64,000 nt of DNA, from assembly GCA_964252035.1 (NCBI GenBank), contig OZ176206.1, one strand, 5' to 3'. The DNA is from Podarcis erhardii (taxonomy: Eukaryota). The notes below the pieces were generated by a model, which saw nothing but the letters and a program-made list of their open reading frames with translations, had not been told where the DNA came from and did no database searches. Each line of letters starts with the position of its first letter. The first letter of the stretch is position 1. This document shows positions 34,804 to 48,900 of the stretch, piece after piece. The translations under genes were made by a program, and so were the position numbers.

Positions 34804-35436
34804 TCCAGCTGCCCTCCCTTCCTCCCCTCACTGCTCCAAAGCATCCTGGATCTCTTTCTTAAGGGGTGCAGCTGGGGCCCAGCAAAGTGTCTTGAGTCTT
34901 CTGCCTTAGCCTGCTCAGGAAGGGGTGTGGGGGGTCCAGAGCCCTCATCTAGCCCAGTGGAGGTCCCTTCATCCGGGACCTCCCCCCCTACCCAATTTTC
35001 CCAACCTAGGTTGTTATCATCTGGCTCCACCCACTTGCCTGCTGGGTGCTCAGAGCCTTGGGTGAGAATGGCCAGTGGGCCTATAGCAAAGGGCCCTCAT
35101 CCCTATCTGTGACTGGCATTGCCTTCCCTCCCTGCTTTGGGCTGGCTCTTCCCAGGAAATGGTGCTGACTTCCTGGAGCACCTGAGTTTAAGGGTCGCTG
35201 AGCCCCTCCTTCCCCACAGTGGGCAGTGGTTATTATCTGCAAGGCTGCCTGGGGAAGTAGGTGGCATAACAGGAAGTGACCCCCATAACTGCAGCAGCAG
35301 CTGCTGAGAGGAGGGGGGTTTGCTGGCAGTGGGGCTGCGTGGTCTCTGTCCACAGCTGGCAGAGTCCAGCACATACTTGGCTGCTGGAACTGCCTCTCCT
35401 CTCCCCTTCCTGCCTCCCATCTTCCCCCTACCCCCA

Positions 35437-35634
35437 CTATTGACCGTACAGCTCTGCCAGGCGCCGGAATCGTGGACCCCATTCGTTGAGATAGTCGTAA
35501 TCCTGGTCTTCGTCAGCCAAGCTGGAGAGGATGGAGCTGAGCGAGCCGCCGGCCGAGCCTTCGCCCTCGTAGTCGTAGATGAGAGCCGTGTCATACGGGG
35601 GCACGCTGGGGTCACTGTCGGCCGCCTCCAGGCC
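35437..35634 (-). CDS. CDH15: CDH15 exon 14 (198 bp, TAG)
   Basis: ctgcag|GGC CTG GAG GCG GCC GAC; beta-catenin-binding tail. Confidence 0.96.
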   Translation of the reverse strand, partial: GLEAADSDPSVPPYDTALIYDYEGEGSAGGSLSSILSSLADEDQDYDYLNEWGPRFRRLAELYGQ

Positions 35635-36968
35635 CTGCAGGGGGAGGAGAAGCAGGGGAGCTCAGCAGAGGACTACCAAGACAAACCACATCCTAATGAC
35701 CCTCTCCCCTTAACTGAGACTTGGGTAGTGACAAGCGGGATATACAATTTTTAAATGAATAAAATAAGATTTAAAAGTTCTAGTTGCAGCCCCCATGGAG
35801 CCAAAAGGGCAAGCCTGCATTAAGAGCTAGCTACTTGCCAGGCCTCCTTTTTCCTAGCCATTACCTCTTGCTCCGCAAGGGTAGGATGCCTACAGCTCTG
35901 CAGCAATTGCTGGACTCCCAATTCCCAGCACAGCCAGAGGCCAAGGATGATGGGAGCCAGGAATTCGGCAACACCTACCATTTGCCAGGTTCCCCACTCC
36001 TGCTTCTTCAGGCCCTGCAGCTTCTTGATAACTTGTGCCAGCACCGAACTGAGAAGGGGGTAGCTCCGTGTGGCCAAAATCAGGGAGGATTCCCCCCCCC
36101 TTCCAGCTCTGCCCCAATTGGCCTCTGCCATCCTCCCAGCCCCTGATGTGTCTCTTCAGTACCTCATTGATGAAGTCCTCTATGTCGGAAGGACAGGCAG
36201 GCAGCCGCCGGGGGTACTGAGGCAGGCCGTAGCTGTAGGGGGCGTCCCTCCGGTGCGGCGGCTTGCTCCGAAGAGATGGTGGGGGGAAGAGGTCGGGGTT
36301 GCGCAGCTGGTTGAGGTCGTAGGCATCCTGAAAGGCAGGAAGAGGGACCTTACAACCATGATGTGCGTGTGAGAGAGAGACAAGGCTTCCTGGCCCTGCT
36401 GGGGCCTGGCAGATGACGTAGGGGGGGATTCAAGTTGGGAGACCCCCAATCAAAAATGCATACAAAATCCTGTTCTCACCATGGCCAATGGGAAACCTGT
36501 AAGGAGGACCCGAGTGTGACCTCACCTCTCCCCACCCATAATTCTTGGCCACTGGCATTCAGAGCCCTCCTGCCTCCAACAGTGGAGTTACTACCAGCTG
36601 TTGTGGCTAGCAGTCATTGGCAGTCTCATTTTCCATGAATTTGTCTAGTCCTCTTTTAAAGCCAAACCCAGTTGGCGATCACTGCCTCTTGCGGAAGGGA
36701 GTTCCATAGTTCTTTAAGTCCATCATAGATTGTTCAGGCTGCCTTCTCTGCTGTGCTTTCCCACCCCACACCCACATATAATTTGGGGTCTCACCTGGTC
36801 CTCTTCTCCGCCTCCTTGTTCGTTGTAGTTGACGATGTTGTCCCTCAAGTCATCCTGAGAGCCCCCCAGGAGACCCTTGTGGAAGGCCTGACGGCGGGAA
36901 TGCTCCAGGGCAGCCACCAGCAAGGCCAGGACTGCAAGCAGAGAGGGAAAGGTTAAAAGAAGCAGGAG

Positions 36969-37026
<58 letters not shown>

Positions 37027-39742
37027 GTGTGTGTGTGTGTGTGTGTTGTAGAGCATCAAAACATGTCTTTTCCCCAGCCTCCTGCAAGTAGGAATGAGCA
37101 AATATCTCAATTCTGGTTTCTCTCAGTTTTTCATTTTTGTCCAATCCTAAATTCAATTCTCCATATTAGTTTGCTTTCTTTCTTTTAAAGTCCTCATGGA
37201 ATTTTTTCAGCAGTTTTGCGAGAATTTCTCCTCATATGCACACCATTATGCATTTTTTCCTAATATGAGGGGGGGGGGGGTTTGCACAACAATTTTCTTT
37301 AACATATTACATTTTTGGATGGATGGATAGATTACAGTAGAAAATCTATGCAGTGTGAGAAAAGTAATAATTAGTACTCAAAAGGCCAGTGGAAGCAGAA
37401 ATGATTCTCCCCATTTTTGGAGGAGCAGCAGGGAGGACTTGATGAAAAGTTCCAGAGCTGGGGCCCAAGGTCCTTCCAAAAAGGCCTTGCTATATGTGGT
37501 GGCTGCCCAGGCCGCTGCACAGCATGACACGCAGCTGTTGTTTGGCAGCTCCTATTCATGAGCAAGTAAGAGACGCAAGAAGCCTGCTCTAACATTGTAC
37601 CTCGGGTCCCACTGGCCAGGCCGGCCCTACCATTAGGTTGAGCTTGAGGGACTGAACCACATTAGACATGCCCCAGCATAATGCCCTTTTAGGAACAGGT
37701 CCTGAATCTCATGCCAGAAGGCGTGTTGCACTTACGGAGGAGCAGGATGGTGCAGCTCAGGATGATCATCAAGGCCCCGAAACTCAGGCCTGCCACAGCA
37801 CCCACCACAGCAGCAACGTGAGCCTGGCAGGAGCCCCACTTGTCACAGGCGCACACAGAGACATTCAGGAGCTGCTCTTGCACCTGTGGCGGTGTCCCTG
37901 AGTCACTGATGAGCAGCGGCAGGACGTGGAGCCCTATGTCCACTTCTCCTTCAGTCTGCAGCAGCGCATGGGTGTCTGTAACAGATGGGGGAGTTTCAGG
38001 GAGGAGGATGGAGCAAGCAGGCGCCTGCCTGTGTCTATTCTTCTGCACCCCCTCCCATAATGCTTTCTGTTACCTTTGCAGGAAGACCAATCCAAATGGG
38101 TCTGAGGGGTCCCAGGACAAGGTGTCCACCGGCTGGCTTGTTTGGGGGTAGCAGCAATGGCAGAAACAGCCGTGCTGAGGGACAGGCAGTGCCAGGAAGC
38201 TGAGCCTAGCTGCCACTTTAATTTCCCACAATACCTTGGAGTGATATTGAAGGAAATTAAAATAGTGGCTGGACTTTGTGGTCCAGCCTTGCTCAGAGAG
38301 CCAGGTCAATGTATTTTTTTTTAAGGTGGGGTGCTCAGGCCCCTTGGAATTGACTGGGAATGCCAAACGCTGATGCTATCCCTGGTTGAATCTCTTTCCC
38401 ACCCTCTGCTAAATGTAGGGGTGCTGACTCCCACCAGGTCAAGGTTACCATTGATGTGTCCGAGAGTCCAATTCTGAGCCATGTCAGGGCTGAGGCGAAA
38501 GTGGAAGGGCTCAGCATGGGGAGCCAGGTCATCGTCAGTGGCACTCAGCACCAGGCGTCCACCCTGGCTGCATAGATCGCTAGTCACCGGAAGCAGAAGA
38601 GGAGCATGGTCGTTGACTTCCAGCACCTCAATGGACAGGGTCCCTGTAGCTGTCAGGGACGGGTTTCCTAAACAAAAAGCAGGAGAATGTAGATGCATTC
38701 CTAGGGCATAGCTTTAATTGTGCCTAGGGCCGGCCCTAACAATAAGCAGTGTGAGGAAGCTGCCTTAGGCAGCAGACCGCTGATAGGTGGTTGCAGGCTG
38801 TTCTTCCTGAGCCCCTTGGAATTCCCTCTGGTTGGAGGCTAGAGCTCTCTGTTGCATGTGGCTTGTCCTAAAGTTACTTGTCCCACAGTCCCTAAACTAG
38901 CTTGCTGCCTTCAGATGCGTATGATGCTACCCTGTTGGCAGCAGATCCAACTACCAGCCTAGTCACCTCCTGTGCATGGAAAGGCAGAGGAGACATCTTG
39001 GCCACCTCCATCAGCAAAATGTCTTGGCTTTGCCCTGTCACTGACTATTACCTTGGAAAGAATGGAACTTCCATGTGGAGGGGAAATCTATATCTGATTA
39101 CCAGAGGCTTTGTGGCAAATAAGGGATAGATACATTTCTTGCAAACTCTCCCAAGGGCATCTTCTGGCTACTGGTGGAGCCAGACTTTTTTCTATGATCC
39201 AATATACCCTTCTGAGACTCTCTAAAGGCAGCTTCAGATGCAGTATTTTGCAGGGGGTATTCAAGCACCTATCATAACATTTGATTTGTGCACTTAAAGG
39301 CCTCTGCTGCCCCAGTGTAACCAAACCTCCATTATAAACAACAGCCCTCGGCTCTGCTGCTTAAAAAGCGACGAGGAAATGCATTGAAAAGTGTGGGAAT
39401 GAATGAGTGACACTAACTGAAAGATGTGTAGATGCTCTGCAAGTGACATGATCAGGTGTCTTGCATCTCCATGCTGGCTGTTTTGCAGTGATTTCCTGCC
39501 CCTGTTACAGTGACCTTCTAGCCATGGGCTTGTTCCTGTCCTCTCCCACTCTCTGCCCAACCTTCTCACCATTATCGCTGGCCAGGATCTGCAAGGTGTA
39601 CCAGCCGCCTGGGAATGTTGAGCGTGGGGGAACCGTCTGTCGTGTCTGCACCAGGCTGGAGTCAGGGTCCACTTGCAGCCAGCTGGCCAGGTCAGAGGCC
39701 TGGAAGTACCTGAGGATGCAGGTGAGAGAAAGAGATGCTAAT

Positions 39743-39781
<39 letters not shown>

Positions 39782-42700
39782 TCATGAACAGCATTCCCTT
39801 TCCTAGAGGCAAAGTCACACTCGCCAGGATGTCACACACATCTGGGAGGCAAATTGGGCTTGTGTGGTGGTGGAGGCGCTTTGCAGAGGCTCATACAAAA
39901 CACTGTCATGACAACTATGCTCTCCCCTGACTGCTGGAGGCTGTATGCCTTTGAATACCAGTCACTGGGAATCACAATAGGGAAGAATGCTGTTGCACTC
40001 AGGTTTTGCTTGTGGGTATCCTATAGACATCTAGTTGGGCACTGTGTGAACAGGATGCTGGACTAAATAGGCGTTTGACCTGATCCAGCAGGACTTTTCT
40101 TCTGTTTCTGCAAGTTGGTACGTTTTTCTTCTCGGCCATAAAGGCTAGAGACTTATTTAAAACAAAAAGGGGAACAGGAGCTGCAGTTCTTGCGGCGCTT
40201 AGTTTTATGCCAGGCACCAAGCCATGCCTTTGGTCTGCAGCTCTGGAAGGGCAGAATCCCACCAAGCCCTGGAGGCCAACCCTGCCAGGGGGTTTTCTGC
40301 TCCCTTCCTCCTTAAAGTCACCCACCTGCTCCCAATGCAGGCTAACCTGGAGTATCTCCTTGGATGGTAGCCTGAAGCCCTCTGGCCCAGCTCACCTGAG
40401 TTGCTGCCCTTGCTGGGTGTCTGGGTCACTGGCACGGTAGAGGGTTATCTCTGTGCCAGGGGGCGCACCTTCATTCACGCTTCCCCTCCAGGGATTCTCC
40501 CGGAAGAAGGGGGCTTCATTGGCATCGAGCACATTCACTCGCACTGTGGTCAAGGCCCTGGCAGCCTTTGGGGCAGACAGCTCCAGGGGACTTTGGTTCT
40601 GGACAGAGACAAGCAGTTCAAACCGGTCCCGTTCTTCATGGTTGAGGGCCTGACATTAGGGAAAGAGAGTTAGTGAAGCCGTGGTTAGTGGCATGGGACC
40701 CTTTTGCTCCCATTGTTGCAAATCCCTCAAACAGGGCCAGCATTCCTGCTTCCCAGCCATTTCTCTGTCCGCTCTGTTTTGAGCTTCAACCAGCTATTGA
40801 TAGCTAAAGCAAGAGTTGCAAGAACTCAAATCCACTTTGCGTATTGTGGCTTCTGGCCCCAGAATCCTGCTCCCTTCATCCAGGAGGACTGGCGACTTAG
40901 CGCATGGTGAGAGGTACTCTTGTTATCATTATCTTGCTTGTTTAAAGTTTGGGATTGTGTGTTTTTATTTAAACTCTACAAAGACAGCTAGCCTGTAAAT
41001 CCCTCTCCCTTCAAAGTCCATACCCCAGGCCTCATATTTAGGGAATGGGGGAGGCTATGGCTACTCCATGGTGAGCGGAACGCCCTCTGTGCATGCTCAT
41101 TAGCACCCAGTGCTTTGGCCATTGTTCCCAGGTTGAACCCGGTGCTCTAAACAGGCTCCAGGGATGGGTCCAGCTGAATGCCATTCCTTACCTTCACCAG
41201 GGAGATGACGCCATCGTTGGTGAGGGGGTCGGTGTGGATGGCGAAAGCCCCGTTGGGGTCCCCCTCCAGAATGGTGAACTTAGCCAACCAGTTGGGAGAA
41301 CCAGGGAGGTCCTTGTCTTGGACCAGCACTCGCCCAATGACCACGCCTTGCTTGTTCTCAGGGGCCTCCATGGAGAACTGCAAGAGAAGGGGGGCGGGGA
41401 GTTATTCAGTACTTTGGCCTGGCTAGATCTGCCAGTGCACACTTTGCAGGGCACAGTCTTCCCCTTCTTTCTGGCTTTTGAGGGAGAACTGGAGAAGGGG
41501 CAGAACTGTGTGTGACATCTTGAACTCTTTGTGGGGGAAGCGTTGGGAATAAACAAGAATGATAAATAGCAATTAGATGCTGCCAAGGGGCTTGGCAGGA
41601 GCAGCCTGTGCGCTATGGCCCACACTTGATGCGTTTTGTGGGCTGCACCGAGGGCTTTCCCTCACTACGAGAAGCCAAGTTACAGGGAACCAGGCAGAGG
41701 GCCTTCTCGGTAGTGGCACCCGCCCTGTAGAATGCCCTCCCACCAGATGTCAAAGAGAAAAATAACTACCAAACTTTTAGAAGACATCTGAAGGCTGCCC
41801 TGTTTAGGGAAGCTTTTAATGTTTAATAGGCTATTGTATTTTAGTGTTCTGTTGGAAGACTCCCAGAGTGGCTGGGGAAACCCAGCCAGATGGGCGGGGT
41901 ATAAAAAATAAAGAATAATAAATATAATTATTAGTATCGGCATGGATCACCTCCTGCTTCACAATTGGAGTAGGTTTTGTTGCTGTTGTTATTATGCAGG
42001 AGATATTGGAGAGGCCAAACAAAGCCCTGCTTCACTGTACTCTCAAGCCCCTAACTCCATTCAAATGGAGCAGAAGGAACTTCCAGCCACACCAGCTGGA
42101 TAAAGAACCCAGCCAGGGTCCTTTATAGTCTCCTCTCCCGCCGGTTCTGCCTCCTCAGTGGGTGGGGGGTGGGCTCCCCACCTCTTTCTCCGTGAACTCG
42201 GGTGGGTTATCATTTATGTCATCCACGTAGATAACGGCTGTGGCGGTGGTGGCCAGACCCTCTCCAGACATATCTGCCACTTGGAGTGTCAAGTTGTAAA
42301 TGCCGACGACCTGCGTGGAGAGGAGCAGAGGTAGGTGACGGTGTGGGGAAGAGGGTATGAGCCAGAGAGGGAAGCATACCATTCACACGGTTCTAGGATC
42401 TGCCTATTCCTCCCTGGGTTCCATACCTACAATACCTTTCGGAAAGTTGTTTGCAGTTCTCTAAACGTTTGGAGACCCCTTAAGATGCTGTAACCAAATT
42501 GCATGGCGGTTCCTGAGCTTGAGTAGCAGATTTTTAAAAAATCTATATTTGGATACATCTGGGCATCATTCTGAATCAAGATGGTGGAGCGAAACTTTAA
42601 AAATTCCACCGATTGAAACCCCGATTTCAAAACTGCACTGATTTTTGCTGTTGTTTCTTAGAATTATTCACCAATGCTGGGTGTGAGGCTACTAGTGTCA

Positions 42701-42877
42701 GATAAGTTTAAAAACCTGGTTTTCTGTCCCACCTTTCTTTTGAAAAGATGGTAGGTCAAAGCTTATCTGTACTGTACTGGATTTTTGCAAATAAAATAAA
42801 GTAAAATTTTGGTGTATTTTTAGAATACTGCAAATCATTTCCTGACATTTCGCTCTTTCAAGTATAGTTTTGAGATG

Positions 42878-42913
<36 letters not shown>

Positions 42914-45900
42914 CACTATTAAAAATAATTCAGGGCAATAATGTTACCGCATTAATGTGCTGCATTCAAAATGATTGCCCCCGTTTTTTCAAAAACATCT
43001 CAGCCCAATAGCTTTCAAAAATTGGGAATGTCGTAACAAAATAGACCCTAAGGATTCAAATGATCAAAGTTTGTGTGCAGATTCAAATAAGAAATAATGT
43101 TTCATGCCAGATTTCCACTGGTTTCATTCTTTGGTGCAGCATACAGTCGACTCTGCTCTTTGGCGCCTACTGACTGGTCACCCACGACTGCATTCCACCC
43201 TCAAGCTCTGAGACAAACATTGACAGGCTTGTACCTCCCGGTCAAACCCAGCTCGGGCTGTTTGAATTTCCCCTGATAGCTCGTCAATGGTGAAGACGTC
43301 TCCCATCTCTGGTCCCAGGATGGAATATCTCAATGCGGCGTTGTCTGTCTCAGGGTCGTCTGCGTCTGTGGCTTCTACCGTCATCACGTAGGTACCTGAG
43401 AAGGAACAGAGATGCCTTATTCCACCAGGACAATCTATTTTCCCATCTAGCCCATCTAAAACTCTTGAAGGTTTTTTTAATATATATAAATATTTTTATT
43501 GGTTTTAATTTTAACAAACAGCATATACAGCAAACATTTAAAAAGTTTATACCATCAATACAATATCGAAATGTGGGATTTCTCCAATTCCTTGACTTCC
43601 CTCTACCCTCTCTGTGGTTCCATTATATTTATTGTTAATTCATGCATGTCCAAATAATATTTTCTATCTGTACGTATCTAGTTTGATCTGTTATCATAAT
43701 ACTGCAAATGTTTTTTAGAATCCTGCTGATGTATCAACTTGTATATAATGCTTTGACATATAAGCAATAAAAATTTCCCATTCATTTTAAAATTTGTTAT
43801 TGTCTTGATTTCTGAGTCTTCCTGTTAATTTAGCCATCTCAGCATATTCCATTAACTTAATTTGCCAATCTTTTTCCGTGGGAGTTTTTTCCTCTTTCCA
43901 GTTTTGGGCAATCAATATTCACGCAGCCGTTGTCGCCTACAAACTCTCGAAGGTCTAAGGCAGGGGAAGGTCATTCCTATCAGCTGCTACCTGTTTCTCA
44001 CAGTTCCCCACCCTCAGCTTCCAGTTCAACCCACCTTGATGGGCTTGGAGACAGAGAATTGGCCCATCCGTATTAAACAAGAACCATGCGAGGGTCTGGC
44101 ACACCCACCTGGGGGAGCTTCTTCCACCACGTGCCCAGCAAACACAGCCTGCCGGAAGAGGGGCCGGTTGTCATTCTGGTCCATGACCAGAATCTCCAGG
44201 TCTGTGGGATCCTCCAGTGGAACTCCACTCAGGTCTAGTGCAAAGGCCCTGAGCTGGGCATGGGCAAAGCAAGAGGCGTCAAGTTATTATCAGGTGATCA
44301 TCAAGATAAGCCGAGTTCTGTCTTATAAGATCCACACATAACCAGGGAGACTGTCCCCTTCAAGATCCACAATAAGTATCTTTGATCAAAAGCACTGTTT
44401 TTGTGCAACATTCACAAATGACCCCATGATGACCCCAAATTAGGAACTGGGGATGTACATCCCATATTAAGCTTTGGGCTGCCCAAAATGATGTCCCACA
44501 GCTCCAGAAGAAAGTCCTCTATGAAATGACATTGCTATTGAGCCCAGCCTAATGCTTTGTTTGGGTGAAGGACGCCATCAGGCATGGCACCCCCAGTAGG
44601 TAGAAAATAATTTTTGAGAATCTCGAAGGTGACCATTTCCTGAGAGAGATAATATAGGGCAGCCTGAAGTTTATTTTGGAGCTCTGAGAACTTTAGTTCC
44701 TTTTTCAGTTTTCTGACTGAGCAGGGTTTCAAACTTTTGGCCAAATAAGGAACTGGCAACCAGCCACCAACTTCACCACTGTCTCTGACTACTCAGTTGG
44801 TCTACCAGTTGAATTGCAGCACAGGCTTGTTCCTCACTTCCTGCCCCCTGCCATGACTCTGCCCCTCCGCCCCCCCTTTGGAACAAGGCATTCACTTGTC
44901 TGTCTCCACTCACAGTCTGTGTCCTGCCCTCCTTGCTGACTGGGGTGTGAATTGCCTTCTGCTTGGGAGGTGAGAGAGAACTGCTTGGTGGCCAAACTTA
45001 TCTGCCCTTTGGCTTATCTATTCTTGGGTCAGATTTTACATTTAGCTGTGATTCCTGCATTGCAGGGGTTGGACTTGTTGACCCTTGGGGTCTCTTCCAG
45101 CTCTACAGTTCTATGATTCTTACATCCTTAAAATATTCTGGGTCTGGAAACTCTCATCAGCTCCAGCCAGCTTGGCCTATATGGCTAGGCAAGATGGTAA
45201 CCCAACATCTCGGACATCTCAGGTTTGGCTGAGTCTACTCAAGGAAATACACTTTGCACATGGTCAGAAGCACCTTATCATCATCACTACCACCATTTGC
45301 ATGTGTTCCGGAGCTCAGCCCTGACATTTAAAAAACCCTCCGGAGCTCCAATGAACCGTGAAGCAAGTTGGGCTTTCCTTACCCGAAAGCGTTCATTCTT
45401 TTCCCGGTCCAGCACAGTATTGAGGTAGACTTTCCCATTGCGTTTATCGATGGAGAACACACCCTTGGGATCTTCATCCACTCCTGGACCCTTGATGCTG
45501 TAGATCACACCTCCGGGCTGCTGCTTGTCTGATTTAATCTACAGAAGGGAGATTAACCCTGTGTGCTGGGAGAGGGCCGGCACCTCCCCTGCTCCTGCCC
45601 ACAGGTGCTGCCCTTCCCCCTCTCTGTACCCAGATGTGACTTAAATCCCAACCAGGCTCAGGGACATAGAAGGCTGCCTGATTCCATCTAGCAGGATATT
45701 ATCTCTACACTAACTGGCAGTGGCTCTCCAGGGGGATTCAGGCAGGGAGTCTTTCTAAGTCCTGCTTGGAGATGCCGCTGGGGGTTGAACCTGGGAGGGC
45801 TTTCTGCACGCAAAGCAGATGCTCTTCCACTGAGTCAGGATCCTTTTTCGATGCATGGAGCAATGAAAGGCTTGATGCACGGTGCAACGTCCTTGGAAGG

Positions 45901-48900
45901 CGAGGGCCAGGGTTCCTGTGAATGCATGTGCTGTTGTGCAAGGAGGGGCTGCCACGTGGGTGCCTGCAAGCCGCAGGTGTGGGGGAGCCTGCTGTGGCAA
46001 ATGGAGCTGTGCCTTCACCATAACAAAGGCCACACACACATATTCAGTGCTTACGGTCAACATTCATGGTGTAATGAACCGGTGTGGCTGTAGGTGAAGA
46101 AGAGAAGAAGAGTTTGCATTTGATATCCCGCTTTATCACTACCCTAAGGAGTCTCAAAGCGGCTAACATTCTCCTTTCCCTTCCTCCCCCACAACACACA
46201 CCCTGTGAGGTGAGTGAGGCTGAGAGACTTCAGAGGAGTGTGACTGGCCCACGGTCACCCAGCAGCTGCATGTGGAGGAGCGGGGAATCTAACCCGGTTC
46301 ACCAGATTACGAGACTACCGCTCTTAACCACTACACCACACTGGCACTGCATGTATTGAAGGATGTGTGCCATTGCCAGACTGTATTTTTAACCTGCCTT
46401 CAGAGGCAGAGTGGGAAGGAGAGGAGCAGCCACAACCTGGTTGATTGTGATGGGGCTGTAAGGAAGGGTGCACTGGATCTAGCAATGAGCACAATGAGCA
46501 AGTGGGTGTGTTTCTGCAGGGTGCTGTGCTATTGGCACATAGCAACACTCAGCATCTCAATGAAGTTCACTCAGGGTTGGCTCAGTCCAGCCATTTCCTT
46601 CCAAGGCACAATCCTGGGTGGGATGCAAGCAGAGAGCAGGAGCAGCCATGGAAACATCACACCAGGGGGAAAGAGAAGGGCACTTCTTTGCTTCCCAAGC
46701 CTTCTCCTGAACCAACACTGTCCACCACTGTTGAATACCAAACTGCCCATTCTCCTCCTTACCTGCACCAAAACATGGGGGAGCCGCTTATGGTTCTCTG
46801 ACACGCTGATGGGAGGGATCACCCAGGCCCTCTTCACCCTTCCTGTCCCATCCTTCTGCTGCTTTAGATGCAGTACTGGGGGGCTGCTATGGACCTCCTC
46901 TTCAGAGCAAGAGACATCCTGCCGGGGAAAAAAAGGTGTTATATCAGTCTCTGACATATTGAAGACTTCAGAGGCTTATTATTGTGTCTGCTACGCCTCC
47001 CCCCCCCCCCATTTTTTATGCCTTCTGTTCTGACTTTAATTTCATGGTGGCTCTGTGTTCTGCACAAGCTGCTTTGGCTCATCATGCTTTCAGCTGAAAA
47101 AGCAGGCTATAAGTATTGTAAAATGAAGATCTGGCAGAAATAAAACTCCTTTGTCCTCCAGGGGCCCTTACTCCCTGCCGCTACAAAACTCCAGCATCTG
47201 ATTCAATTAGTTTGAGAACTTGGGTGTACAATCAGTCCTTGAGTAGATTAAAAGATAAAGAAATTCATGGAACATAAGGCTATTTATCAATGTCTCCTAG
47301 TCACTGTTCTCCCTCCATGTTGGATGCAGCATGTTTCTGAATACCAGTTGCTGGAACTCCAAGCAAGGAAAATGCTGTTGGACTCGGGTGCTGCTTAGGG
47401 GCTTCTTCCAAGAGACACTGAGGGCTCATCCACACTTCTGCTGGTCCCGTGCCTAGAAAGCATGGGCTGGAGTGGTCTCCCACTTGACCTGCACTTTCTA
47501 GGCATGGGTTGGAGTGGTTTTCTCCTTGCCCCACTCCTTTCCCAGAGAAAATGTGCTCTTTAGTGCTAACTCGGAGCAAACGTCAATCCAGAGAAAACCT
47601 GAATTGCCGTTTGCTCTGATTGAGTGCCAAATAACAGTTTTCTCCGGGGGAAAGAGCAGGACGAGAGGAAGTGTGGATGAGCCCTTATAGCTGGCCACCG
47701 TGAGAACAGGATAAGGACATAAAAAGAGCCTCCTGGATCAGGCCAAAGGCCCATCTGGTGCAGCATCAAGTTCTCACAGTGGCCAATCAGATCCCTGTGG
47801 GAAGACTGCAAGCAGGACATGAGCGCAACAGCTCTGTCCCTATCCTGAACTTTCCAGCAACTAGCATTGAGAAGCATCCCGCCTCCAACAGGGGATGAGG
47901 CTGGACTAGATGTGCCTGATGCAGCTTCAGGGCTCCTATGTTCTGTTCTTATCTTGCAGCAGCCAATGGCTGAAAGCATCTAGCTGTGGGATGTAGTGAT
48001 TGCTAAGAGCCAGGTGTGGGCTGTGCATTCCTCTCTGGTAACCCAAGAAGCCTTTGTGGTAGGGAGCAGCTGCATGTTTGCCATCTTTGGGGGAAGGGCC
48101 CTACAGTCCTGGAGGAAATGGTGAGGAAGGGTCTTACACAGCCCAGGAGCTGCTAGAGCACAACAGAGGAGGCAGGTTGATTCCAGGGAGTCAGCACAGC
48201 AATGTTCTGATTGACAGGTAAGCATGTAAGAAGGCGGATTCCCGGTTTTTTGTATACTGTACAGAGACGGACGGCTGTCAATGAGTGGTCCCAGTGATAG
48301 GGACAGTGGCTGGGGCCCTTGATGGAGTTTGTTTAAGGCAGAGTCCCTAAACTGTGGTCTGTGGACCACCACTGGCCCACAAACATCATGTTGGTCCTTG
48401 CTGTGTGCATGGATTTGTGGTTGAAGGTGAAAGACATTCTGTTGCATTAAATACTCATTGCTTTTTAATTGGATTATTCTTACATTGCATTTTATTATAT
48501 TGAAATTTGAATTCTACGGAATCCAAGGTGTAATACAGTAAAATATACCATATAAAAAAATAGAAGAAGCAATACAAAACTACATTTAAAAATACAGCAT
48601 CTAGTACAGCACATTACAAAGGCTACAATGGGCAGAAAAATCAAGACCATCAGCAATTTCCAGGTGGTCCATGGGCAAAAATGTTTTGGTGAACCACTGG
48701 TTTAAGGCATTTGTATGTCACCTAATCACCAAGGTTTTTTAAGCAGAATACATTAAAATTATTCTTTGTGATTTGCTCAACCCCCTATTAGGAGGATGAA
48801 TACTAGGTTGCTCTCCCATCAAAAGTAGCCCAAGCTCTTATCCCAAGCCCTGGTCGCGTATTTGGGCTTCCCAGAAGCATTTGGTCAGCCACTGCGAGAA

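Noticed and set aside
46356-47033. 225-aa + strand ORF antisense to CDH15 exon 2
   Set aside because: No recognisable domain or splice support; treated as chance.
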